A stretch of DNA of 64,000 nucleotides, taken from assembly GCF_001194135.2 (NCBI RefSeq), contig NC_068989.1:12219494-12283493 (forward strand), given 5' to 3'. The translations under genes were made by a program, and so were the position numbers. The DNA comes from Octopus bimaculoides (lineage: Eukaryota). Each line of letters begins with the position of its first letter. Positions within the stretch are counted from its first letter, which is position 1. A model generated the notes under the pieces. It saw nothing but the letters and a program-made list of their open reading frames with translations. It had not been told where the DNA came from and did no database searches. Shown piece by piece: positions 25,572-38,067 of this stretch.

Positions 25572-25742
25572 TAGAGCGGCAACCTTACAGAATCCCTTCT
25601 GATTTCAAAATCTGGTGCGGGCTAATTTGCCTTTCATTCTTTCGAATCGGAAAAATATGTACCAGTTATGTATTCGGGTCCGATGTAATAAACCAATACC
25701 CTTTCCCCCAAATTTCAGGCCTTCTTCCTATAGAAAGAATTA
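25572..25742 (+). mobile_element. Old, internally deleted SINE family A monomer
   Basis: TTTGCCTTTCATTCTTTCG...GTACCAGTT...AAATTTCAGGCCTT. Confidence 0.65.
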
Positions 25743-27077
25743 TTATTATCGTCGTTTTTGTTGTTGTTGTTGTTTTTGTTGTTGTGGTTTTTGTTGTTGT
25801 CGTTGTTGTTGTTGCTGTTGTCGTTATTTTTTTTATTGTTAGTATGATATGTTTCTATTTTTAATTTCTATTTTTTACTAATTTTTGAAAATTTCTTCTT
25901 ATATAAAATTCTGTTAGCATCCTCGAAATTATCTGTAGGATAGTTTAGATGTTTAGTTGATTTAATTAAGATATCAATTAACGGATTTTCACGTCAGATT
26001 AACTTATTTTGTTATTTATTTAATTTTTTAAGTAACCAACGTTTTTCAATTTTCCGTTACTGACATGTTTATTGCCGACATCCAGCTGATATAACAACGA
26101 ATTTTCCCATCGATTTAACTTTAATTGGTAAAATTATCGGACACGAGGAAGAAAATATATAAGAAAATATAAAAAGTTAAAAAAGAGAACAGAACGGGAC
26201 AGGCTTGTCAACTATGACGTCATGTCATTGTTATTGTCGGTTAGAGCCATGATGAATAAATTTATTCATATTTTCTGTTGAATCCTGAAATTGAAATAAG
26301 ACTCAAGATAGTGTGAGGACAAAAAACATATTAAAATCATAAAAGAAAAAAAAAACCGGAAAAACTCAAAAATAAACAAAATAATAAACAATAAAATGTG
26401 TAAAATATTATGAAAATAATCAACGTAGAGAAGAAAAGAAAACGGATGTTTTTATATTGTGATTATATCTGTGCTTGTTGGGACGGAGACAGTTTTGAAA
26501 TGAAGTGGGAGTGTGGAGTACAGGAACGGTCAATGAGATATCTAGTTAGAAAAACAGAGCGACATCAGAGTGTAGGAGAGTGAAGAAAATTCAATGACAG
26601 CGTCAAAGAAATGGAGTGTAGAACAGCAATTATGCTGTCAGAGTCATATTTTGAGGGGAAAGGTTACTTAAGAAGAGAGTGGAAATTTTGTATCTGAGAA
26701 TTTGAGAAGAATACCAGTTACATTCATATGAGATCAATGCTACTTTAAAATGTCCCCCTCTTAAAGGACATTGACAATCTGAAACCATAAAATGGAGGAT
26801 AATAGATAATCCGAAATTGAATGAGGAAAATATTTTGATAAAGCATGGGAGAGCGAATAAAAACATATAAAGATATGTAGATGTGAGGGAGAGGGGAAAA
26901 CACGAAGTGGTAATTAAAAGTCAGATGGAGTGTAAAACATATTGGAGTGGGTTAAAGAAATAGCAGAATATCTTAACAATAGGCAAAGAATAACACACTT
27001 ATAAACATATGTGTAAACACGTATGCATATATGCGTGTATGTATGTATACATAAATGTGTGTGTATGTATGTATATA

Positions 27078-27110
<33 letters not shown>

Positions 27111-28559
27111 TCATACGTAGTTATATTGGTATTATGATTGGATTATAAAATGCTTTTAATAAAAGTTGGATCAAGTGCATCGAAGGGAGACATATAGAAA
27201 GATCGTGAGAGAGATTGGGGCCGTGACAAAAGTGTAGGGCAAGTAGACTGAAAAGAAACAGAAAGGGGGGAATGAGTTAATGTATTTAGGGCGTAGCACA
27301 TTAAAATGACTAACTAGAAATAAAACATGGCAAGAAGTTAAAAGTTATTAATCATCGACTAGCAAGGGACGTAACTTTAGACATATTTTAGCTATATTCT
27401 GTCCTCATTAGCCAAGCATAGCCTACGCTATTTTTTTCCGAAATTAGACAAATATGAATAACTAAATAAAGTACTTGTTAATATAAAAGAATAGAGATTT
27501 TGTTTACTTTTAAAATATGAAGTTTCCTGTTCGCATAAACCAATAACGGATTTTGATTTCACCTCATATTCGTTTATATATGATTTGGTATGTCTTATGA
27601 ATTAAACATGTAGCGAGTATCTGGTATTTGTTATTCATGCAGATGCCATCTTTACAATATTCCATGTTTCAATAAAAACGTTTTTTTTATATGTTATGCA
27701 CTATCTATGCGTATGCATATTCAGCCATCATCTCTCAAAGATTTCCATGCATATATGGACGCCTATCACTGTCATAAAATCTTCTACCACGATTACTGTT
27801 ACGAGCATGAAAATATCGCCGCCGTTTGAGGTTAATTTCAAAACTATTGCTAACATTTCTCCACCGCAGTACCACAATACGTACAAGAGCCATTTTCAAA
27901 CTTGCAGTATTCAACACATGATATCGTCGATTGAAACTAGATTATGCTGAACCGCAATATGAGGGAAGAATATTAACACCACTTTGGTGTGACCAATTAG
28001 CAATTGAATCGTAAAAGGCATAACAGAAAGTATAAACTATATTCAAATGACAAAAATACCGCTTAGTTTAATGTTATAGCTACTGATGCGAGATCAAAAT
28101 TTTTCAGTAGCATTGACGAATATATGTTGGAACGATTTAGTCGCCGTAGTTATTCTTTGGTTTATTTTAGCAGCTTTCATGTGGAAAGACAGTATTAAAC
28201 ACTGAATTATGATTGTTAATGTTGTTTACTGTTTAATAATGATTCTACATTAATATAACTGTGTTGACGTATATTGAAGATACTCTCGAATTGGTTACAT
28301 GCTGTTACTATAATGTAAATAAGTATAACAGGATCAAATAGGGAAGTGCACCAACAGCAGGGTATCTAATTTTTTACACACTTTATTTTGACATTGACTT
28401 AAGTTTAATTATACATCATAGAATGCGATGAGAGCAGGTGTAACAGTAGTTGTTTTAGGATTCTAGCGGTGTATAAATCTCTTCTGATATGCATCAGAAG
28501 GGCTAAAATTTGGCAAGATATTTCAACCTCGTAAAATAAAATGGGGTAGTAAAACGTGT

Positions 28560-28790
28560 CATAAAATATTGTATCACCAGTGTGTGCTTGAAGGTGTTTT
28601 GGACATAAGAGACAAGCTATTGATTCTGTTTCTTTATAGCAAAATCTATATCCAAAACAACTATTTATGCACAAAAACCAGGCAGTTGTTTACAACGTCA
28701 TGCAAGACACTGACACCGACTATATAGAACTTGATGGTAATTTTAATAAAGGTCGATACTATGATCTTTCTGTTGCCATTCACACATTTC
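28560..28790 (+). mobile_element. Degenerate RTE-clade reverse transcriptase fragment
   Basis: QAIDSV* ...LFMHKNQAVV..DTDTDYIELDG resembles the RTE KAFDSV...LYKNTKAMVRSPDGDTDFF.I..GV motif series. Confidence 0.5.
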
Positions 28791-29369
28791 ATCGACGTGT
28801 TTAAGTTTAAATCAAACTACTTACAAAATAAACCTATGTTTACGGGTATGAAATATATTCTGAAATAAAGCATCATTGTTCTCTTTAGTCGCACGGTAAA
28901 GAGACATGATATATAGATACGATCTTATGGTATTTGTATGTAAGTGACCTTAATATCATCAACAATAACGACCAGTTCAATAGCTTTATTCGTCAGAACA
29001 GAGGGCTATGAAAAAAAGAGCTGTTTCAAAACAATAATGAAATACCACATATATATCTTTTAAACATAGAAGTAGTTTTCTCAATATTCTATTGACTCTG
29101 CAAAAAAAAGTCTGCAATAAATATGCCAGGAATTACGATTTTATTGAGACAAAACACTTTTTCTTCGCAATCGATAACTAATGGTGGGGTGTTCAAAGAA
29201 CAGAATAGTCCGTCTGGAAAACTAAAAGCTTGCAGAAGTTGCGAAAAACAGATATAATGGAAAAAATATAAAAATCAAAACAAGGAAGTGAAACCTGTTA
29301 AGATGATTGAGTAACATTGATGCATCAATGTGACTAGTTATTGTTAGTCACATACAATAACAAGAACAA

Positions 29370-29640
29370 GAAGAAGAACAACAACAACAACAAAAACTAG
29401 AAGAAGAACAATAACAACAGTAGCAGCAGCAGTAACAACAACAACAACAAAATAAGTACCACAACAATAACAAAGTAAGCAGCATCACTGGATAGTAAAC
29501 AATTGCTGCAGTAAAGGTAATATAAACAATAACATTAACACCCCCCCCCCTTGCAAAAATAGGACTAACGATAATAATAATTATTATTCTATTAATAAGA
29601 ATAATAGGAATTAAGTTAATAGCAGTCAATGAAATGAATG

Positions 29641-29700
<60 letters not shown>

Positions 29701-29870
29701 CGATGGTGATGGTGATGATGATGATGACGATGACGGTGGTGATGATAGTGATGATGATGATGATGATGACGATGGTGATGGTGATGATAGTGATGATGAT
29801 GATGATGGCGATAATAATAATAATATCAATAATAATGATAATCATAATAATAATAATAATAATAATAATG

Positions 29871-29906
<36 letters not shown>

Positions 29907-29909
29907 GTG

Positions 29910-29974
<65 letters not shown>

Positions 29975-29975
29975 C
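29370..29975. repeat. (CAA), (GAT)n and (TAA)n arrays
   Basis: Direct reading. Confidence 0.95.
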
Positions 29976-30875
29976 GTGGGAATGAAACAATGAAATTCAA
30001 TAGTAAAATGTAAAATTTTCCTTCCTAACAGAACAAAAAATATCGGGTTTTAACACAAATAAAATAAATATAAAGGTAGATAAAAAAAAAACCCTCATAG
30101 AATACAGAGGGAAAAATAGACGCAGACACACTCATACATATGCATGCATACACACACGCACGCACGCACGCACACGTACACAATTCAAAGTGCTGTTGAT
30201 TATTTGTTGAGTCAGCAAATATAAAAGAAAAAAAAAACAACCTAAAAGCACTTACAATCGGTTTTATGCATTTTACCACCATTTTGTTTACCTCTCTATG
30301 TCTCTGTATACAGACGCACACACACGCACACCCACACACACACACACACATATATATACAAAAACATACAAGTATGTATATGTGTGTGTGTGTATGGGTG
30401 CGTGTGTCTGTGTATATATGCGAGTGATTGTGTATGTGTGTTCAATATTTCTGCTAGATTTCTGGTATGTTTTAGTTATTACAGTATTGATTGGAAATTT
30501 TTCGTTCTTATTATTTTATATGTGTGTTACGTACTTCGCTCCAGTTTCCATTTAGCCTCTTCAAATACAAGGTATTTCATGTTTCAATTTTCAGTTGCTT
30601 TCTCCTTTTATTATCCAATCTGTTCTTTCGAGCTTTTGATTTTTGTTTATATTCGTTTTGTTTTCATTAACTATGTGTTCTTGTTTTTTTTTTTCATTTA
30701 TTATTCTGTTCCTTCACCGTTCCTTTTCCTCTTTCGTTTACTTCCCTTTTTACTTTCTTTCATTATCAGGTTTAAAAAATACCGCTATTGAACTATTCAA
30801 TAATCAAAACATGGACTATATTTTCGATACATATTAGAAAAAACATTTGAAAACGCTGACACATACACAAAAGTA

Positions 30876-30926
<51 letters not shown>

Positions 30927-31497
30927 NNNNNNNNNNNNNNNNNNNNNNNNNNNNNNNNNNNNNNNNNNNNNNNNNNNNNNNNNNNNNNNNNNNNNNNNNN
31001 NNNNNNNNNNNNNNNNNNNNNNNNNNNNNNNNNNNNNNNNNNNNNNNNNNNNNNNNNNNNNNNNNNNNNNNNNNNNNNNNNNNNNNNNNNNNNNNNNNNN
31101 NNNNNNNNNNNNNNNNNNNNNNNNNNNNNNNNNNNNNNNNNNNNNNNNNNNNNNNNNNNNNNNNNNNNNNNNNNNNNNNNNNNNNNNNNNNNNNNNNNNN
31201 NNNNNNNNNNNNNNNNNNNNNNNNNNNNNNNNNNNNNNNNNNNNNNNNNNNNNNNNNNNNNNNNNNNNNNNNNNNNNNNNNNNNNNNNNNNNNNNNNNNN
31301 NNNNNNNNNNNNNNNNNNNNNNNNNNNNNNNNNNNNNNNNNNNNNNNNNNNNNNNNNNNNNNNNNNNNNNNNNNNNNNNNNNNNNNNNNNNNNNNNNNNN
31401 NNNNNNNNNNNNNNNNNNNNNNNNNNNNNNNNNNNNNNNNNNNNNNNNNNNNNNNNNNNNNNNNNNNNNNNNNNNNNNNNNNNNNNNNNNNNNNNNN

Positions 31498-31551
<54 letters not shown>

Positions 31552-31806
31552 ATGTGCGTATGAATGTGTGTTTGTATGTATGTATACATATATGTACGCA
31601 TATGTGTGTGTGTAGGTTTTGGGCATGTATAAGAGTACGAATTTATTGCATCATTCTTCTACTAAGTTAAGTTAAATTAATGAAACACGTGGAAGCAAAC
31701 TTCTCAGTAGATTGGCTGCATGTTATTTGTTATCAAATAGAACTGTAGTCAAGAATCATTTAATGATAGTATATTAAAAATCAAGTCAATTGGGAAAATC
31801 ACATTT

Positions 31807-32751
31807 TGTCTTAAGCTTAATATTGATTTCAAATTGATTGCAAATTCTGGCACAAGGCTAGCAACTCCAGTGAGTGAAGAAAGTCGATTGAATCAGCCCC
31901 AGTGCTCAACTAGTACTCACTCTGTCGATCCCGAAGTGATGAAAGGGTAAGTCGAGCGTGGCAGAATTTGCAATCAGAATGTAAAGGCGGACGGAACGCT
32001 GCTGAGCAGTTTGCCCAGTGTGCTAACGATTCTATCAGATCACCCCCGCAATTGTCTCAAGCTCTTAATGACTGTTTCAAATTTTAGCACAAACCTAGCA
32101 ATTTCGGGGAAATGTGTGAGACGATTACACCAACCCCACCTTGATCTAGTGCTCAAATGGTACTTATTCTATTCACCCTGAAAGAATGAAAAGCAAAGGA
32201 ATTTCAACTGAGAATGCAAAGTCGGGCGAAAGCAGCTCACCATTTTGTCGTACGTGCTAATGAACCTCCCAGCTCACCGCCTAATGTCTAAACCTTAATA
32301 TTGGTTTTTCACATTTTGGCACGAGGCCAGCAATTTTGTTGGCGGTAAGTCAATTACATCGATACATCTCAAAATGATCAACTGGTATCTATCTTATCGA
32401 TCCCGAAAGGGTGAAAAGTAAAGCTAACTTTGGGGAAATTTGAAGTAAGTGCGTAAAGACGAACGAAATGGCTTTAGCATTTTGCCCGGTGTCTTAACTG
32501 TTCGACCAGTTCTCAAGCTTAATAATCTTCCTTACTCTAGGCACAAGGCCCGAAATTTTAGGGGAGGGGTGGCCAATTGATTAGATCGACCCGAATACGC
32601 AACTGGTACTAATTTATCGACTCCGAAAGGATGAAAGGTAAAGTTGACCTCGGCGGAGTTCAGAACGTAAAGACTGACGAAATACTGCCCAGCATTTCGC
32701 CCGGTGTGCTAACGTTTTTGCCAGCACGCCGCTTTTCTCAAGCTTAGTATT
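31807..32751 (-). mobile_element. Four head-to-tail SINE family A monomers separated by copies of one target motif
   Basis: Monomers at about 31850-32048, 32070-32283, 32305-32509 and 32530-32733; motif T(G/T)TCT(C/T/A)AA(G/A)CTTA(A/G)TA five times. Confidence 0.85.
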
Positions 32752-34123
32752 AAATAGTGTTTTTGGCTTTTCAGTGTAGTCGGTAGAAAGAATAGCGTTA
32801 ATGGTGTATTCTGTTTCCCAAGTCATCGTGCCTATTTTAGAAATATCGAAAATTTGGTTAGATTTATATGGTGTTGCAAGGCACGAATATTGAATTTGCA
32901 GTAAATCTTATGTTTGATGCGAGTCAGATGCAGGCATTGATGTAAGTTGCAGGTTCGATTTAATCATCCAATCAGAGTTATGTTTATATGCTGCGGCCAA
33001 CTCCCAGTCAACTGATCTTGTGATATCAACCAGAGTCTACGACACCTACTGGTCACCAAACAACGCCATCCTGTTAAAAACCTTGTGACTATTATGCTAT
33101 GGTTTTAGTTGTATGCAACAATATCGCTGTGCAATTTGAATTAGAGTATTTTCTTAAAAAACAGAGGATTAATCGCGAACACATACTTTGACTTACAAAC
33201 AACTGTTAATTTGTCTCCAAATATTTGCTGATTTCTGTGAAAAATCGTTAATAATATTGTTAGATTTCCGGAACCGTTCGGGTGGTTTGGATTTAGGAGA
33301 CGTACAATATATTAAAACAACAACTGCTGCTCCACTTAGATCGGTGATTCCCGTATGTTATGAACGCACATTATCTAAGAGATGGTAAAGTTCTCCGAGG
33401 ACAGAAGACAGCTGTGATTCGATCGGTATTCCTTTTCGAATCTGCCAGAACGTATTGAGGATTTACAGATATGTGACTTACTAATTCCATTTGCACCGAA
33501 AGCCAGAATAAGTTACTGATCATGTTTACGTAAAAAAGCGAAGCATAAACTTATGACAAACTCATGTATCTCCTAAATGTGAAATTAACCACGACAGTTT
33601 ACGTAAATAATTGAGACGAAAATCAAAAATACTTGGACGTCTTACTTTGTCTAACAGAGTTAGAAATATTTTTTTAGAACTCTATTGGAAATTTTTGATT
33701 CTAGTTTAGGTTCATTGTCATATTTTTAAAAACTTGTTGGCGCGGAAGAAGTATTGGAATATTTTTTTGTCTTGTAAGGAGCGAATCATTCCATGATTCT
33801 TCGTTTCAAGTTACATGATATTCCGAGTATTTTTTTATGAAATGCTTCCATGTAACTTGGATCGTATGCGACTGGTGTTGTTCATCCTGTCAGTTTGAAA
33901 ATAATCTGACACTCGTAATATAATTTTTATTCTTTTATGGAAATATTTGAATTTTAGAGAAGAACTTTTACCATGTCTCATACGAAGATATTTTCATGTT
34001 TCCATGCACATTAAGATTGCTAGCTCAATGAAACAGAAACCAACATTTTTATGTATCCTTCTGTAGGATGAATGTGTTGCGAGTAAAGACGAATCGAGTA
34101 AAAATGTTATTATTATTAATCCA

Positions 34124-34382
34124 AAAGCGTCGATCTGACAGAATCGTTACCGCGCCCGGGGAAAATGCTTTGCAGCATTTTGTCCAGTTCTTTAAGTTCT
34201 GAGTTCAAATACTACCGAGGGTCACTTTGCCTTTCGTCCTTTCAGTACCGGTCAAGTACTGGGGTCGATGAAACCAATTTTCCCTACAGTTAAAAATTAT
34301 TGGCCTAGTCCCATATTTAGTAATAAATTAAAGATAGGGCGGCGATCTGACAGAATCGTTAGCTAAGTGCTTAGCGGTATGT
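34124..34382 (+). mobile_element. Old SINE family A monomer followed by a second head fragment
   Basis: GATCTGACAGAATCGTTA.. occurs twice; GTTCTGAGTTCAAAT; CTTTGCCTTTCGTCCTTTC. Confidence 0.75.
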
Positions 34383-34517
34383 ATTATTTTGGCGTTTTCT
34401 TACCATTTATTCTTTCAGCGTCAATTAAACTGAGAAGCTGTTGAGCAGTGGGGGGGGGGTACGTAGCCTTCTCTTCAGAGCTTCGGGCCTGTTACGAACA
34501 TTAGAACGAATTGTTGT

Positions 34518-34551
<34 letters not shown>

Positions 34552-35359
34552 GCTGCTGCCACTGCTGCTGCTGCTGCTTTGTATCACATACTTTTCGTAA
34601 ATCTTTCACTCTTACAAACAATAGCCTTCTGTAATGTTTGTGAGATTTTCGCAAAAGTAGTTGATGTTTTTGTCAATCCATGATTGCATTATTGTCCTTG
34701 AATACGTGGAATGTTCATTTTTTAATGGGTGTTTGGCAGATCTTATGATCTAAGTGTCTTTATACAATTTGAAACACTAACTAATAGATACGGATATAAA
34801 GCCTGTCACTGAGAGAACATAATACCGGTGGAAGAATTAAATATAAGCATTATACGTCAGCTAAGGCACACAACTTGCTTCTATAATTTCCTGGTTTGAA
34901 ATGTAATCGAAAATAATTCCGGGTACCAGGCATTCATCAAAGCCAAAAAGCTTTCTGACGATGGGGAAAAAAATGAAGTGGTTATAACATACTTTTCCAT
35001 AGTTTCTTAGTCACCGCTAGTCTTCTTGTGACCTGGAGAAGAAATAAATGACCAACGCAATCGTTTATAATTTCTACGATATGAAAATATTTTCTCTCTT
35101 CTATAAATAAATAAATATGAAGTCTTACTTTTATGAACAATATTTAGAGCAATACACATACAACAAAGTCGAGCTACGATATTCCAGTTTTACTGCAAAC
35201 ATTAAATGTCTGCAATTGACATGGAATATTTGCAGTAAAGTAGGAAATTTGTAAATGCAAAATGATCGAATTAATTTTGTCGAAGATAATCAATTCTCGC
35301 TCCCAGTCTACAAGGTGTGTATCTGTATATACGTTTATGCCAGTATACTCCCATATCCA

Positions 35360-35431
<72 letters not shown>

Positions 35432-36610
35432 TATTTATACACTGTCACACACATAAGTAGTTGTATATCAAGAAGAATTTCATGCAATAAAAGTACAATC
35501 AAATTAAACATTTCAAACTAGTTTTCCATTAACATTCTTGCAGTTATTTCGTTATCTGAACTAGATTGCTTTATAGAATGCATTCATCGCATGAGAAATA
35601 TTACCCGAATCTCCAGACATAATTCCATTACAACATATTTATAAGAGACATTGAGATTTATGATGTTACAGTATAAAAGAAATATTTAAAGGTTACTGAA
35701 ATATTTTCCGAGCTAAGTAACTAAAATTATTCTACCAAATTAGATTTATGTTTAAATTCTGTACATAGTTCGGACAGAAGATCTTTAAAATTTTCAAGGA
35801 TTTGTTGGTTTTGTTCTGTTGTGTGGAAAATTCCGGATGCTGACTTGATATAATTACATATCCTGTCGTGTTCTTTCTCACATATATGCAAAGATATATA
35901 AACTTAAAAACATGGATATACAGAACTCACAAGTGTCACGTAAATTTCATAGAAAATTAGTTTATCTGTGAAGAATTTGTTACGATATTCACCAAGATGG
36001 CATCGAGATTCTGGCGTGGCTTTCATTCTATACGATGGAAAATGTCAAAAATGGTTTTAAAATTGTTTTAATAAGAAAAGAAGAGAAGCGGTCATGGCGT
36101 TCTTTGGAGGATTCGGGAAGAGTGGAAGCAAAAGAAGTGATAATTTGGTTTAATATTTGCAAAAGCCTTGAAATATTTAAATGCGACCGAGGTGTAGTTT
36201 TCTGCTTTAAATCGGATGACGGAATTAGTATTGATTCAATAACCGAATCACTCCTTCGAAGATATTTCGTCACATTCTCTTCATGAAGTTTCACTCACCA
36301 TGTATTTAGAGGCTGTTTAAGCAATGAGTTCTTGGATGGTTAATTGATTGGATGCGTGCTGATGAAGGTGCAAAAACTCCCGAAATATAGCATATACATC
36401 CATTTCTCATCTTCGATCTCGATGTTTATATTAGGCGCCTTGGATAGGAAATGTCATAACAAAATCATTGTTGGTTATGATTTCTATGGAAAATCGATAT
36501 CATCATCTGCGTTTGCCGAACCGCTGTATTACGAGGATGTACACAAAAACCAATTGTCAAGTGGGGGAAGGAGGAAACAACAAGCACAAGGAAGTACACA
36601 CATATGTATA

Positions 36611-37751
36611 CGTGGGGGTACCCCCAAAAAACCCGGAATTTCGCAATGCTATTCTAATTACTTAGATTTACAAATTTACACTTTTATCGCCTTCGTAGTA
36701 TTCTCCATTTCAAGCAATGCAACGGTCGAGGAGCGTTTTCCACAGTTGGAAGCAGTCCTGGAACACTTGCGAAGTGATCCCTTTTAACGCTTCCGTCGGT
36801 TTTTTTCTTCATCTCTTCCGTATATCCAATATGTTTTTTTCTTTAAGGATTTTATTCATTCGGGCGAACTGAAAAAAGTTGCAGGGAAAAAACATCCGGC
36901 GAAGAAGAACGGTGAGTAAGAGAGGTCATGCTATTTTAGGCAGAACTGTCTCACACAGATTCTGTGTAGGCAATTCCTTTCGCGTCGATGAATGAAACAA
37001 ATCAGCATCGTGTAGACATTGGACGTACACCTGACGCGCTGCTTTGGGGCGTGGTAACATTGAATGCTTCCATTAACTTCAACATGGCTTTGTTTCCGGG
37101 TCGTAGCTGTACCACCAGCTTTTGTCACCAACAATGCCCATCGGTAAAAAAGTCACGATCAACTGCTATCTGTTCTTTCAATTCACGACATGCATTCAGT
37201 CGTGAAAACAACTGTTTTCATTCGCAAATCCTCGCTCAAAATTCGTTGCCAGAAGCTCCAGGATACACCAGTCAAATCAACAAGTTTGTGAATTGTTCGG
37301 CGACGTCCCTCTAGGATCAGTCCATGAATTTTCGTGATGTTTCCATTCGTTTGGGAGGTCGATGGTCGCCCTGAACGCGGTAGGACTTTAAGCAACGAGT
37401 TACAATTCTTAAAGCAAGAAAACCACCCGTAAATATGTGTTTTGCCCATGGCAGCATCCTTGTAAGCTGGTAGAAGCACGAGAACTCTTTCGGCCGTCGT
37501 TGTCCCCAGCAAAGAACAGAATTTCACAGAAGCACGTTGTTCTTTCCTTTCAGCCATCGCAAAAATCGTCGAAGAGGGAAAAGCACTGCAAACCAAAGAC
37601 GCACCACGTAGCAGTACGACTTCACTCGACAACGATGGTTGGCAGACTGATGCCTGAGGGTCGCATCAAGTGGCTTCTAGCGGCGGAAGCCTGAACCACA
37701 ACGGGTTTGTCCCACAGAGAACGTTTTCGGTTACTTTTGGCTACACCCTCG
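36611..37751 (-). mobile_element. Mariner (DD34D-type) transposon, non-functional, both TIRs and TA TSD present
   Basis: EQRASVKFC..LG, GWF..FK, PRSGRPST and RRTI motifs; ends CGTGGGGGTACCCCCAAAA and the reverse complement of CGAGGGTGTAGCCAAAAG; TA at 36609-36610 and 37752-37753. Confidence 0.88.
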
Positions 37752-37872
37752 TACAGCGAGCTTCTACACAGCTTCTGACAACCAAATTCACTGATAAATC
37801 AATCATACATCAAACTGAGGCTATAGTGGAAGACGTTTGTTCAGTATACATATGTGTATATGTATGTATATG

Positions 37873-37925
<53 letters not shown>

Positions 37926-38030
37926 AATGTTTTTGGTTGGACGTGACCTGTTCTTTGTAGCATTTTGTATTCGCACGTTAACACACACACACGCACACCA
38001 ACACACACACACACACATACACACACACAC

Positions 38031-38067
<37 letters not shown>

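Noticed and set aside
28640-28736. Apparent plus-strand exon (TTTCTTTATAG...GATG|GTAATT, open frame)
   Set aside because: The peptide and its upstream sequence align to RTE reverse transcriptase motifs, so it is better explained as a TE remnant.
33265-33384. Plus-strand AG...GT-bounded open segment (FRNRSGGLDLGDVQYIK...)
   Set aside because: Weak acceptor, no recognisable domain, no partner exon.
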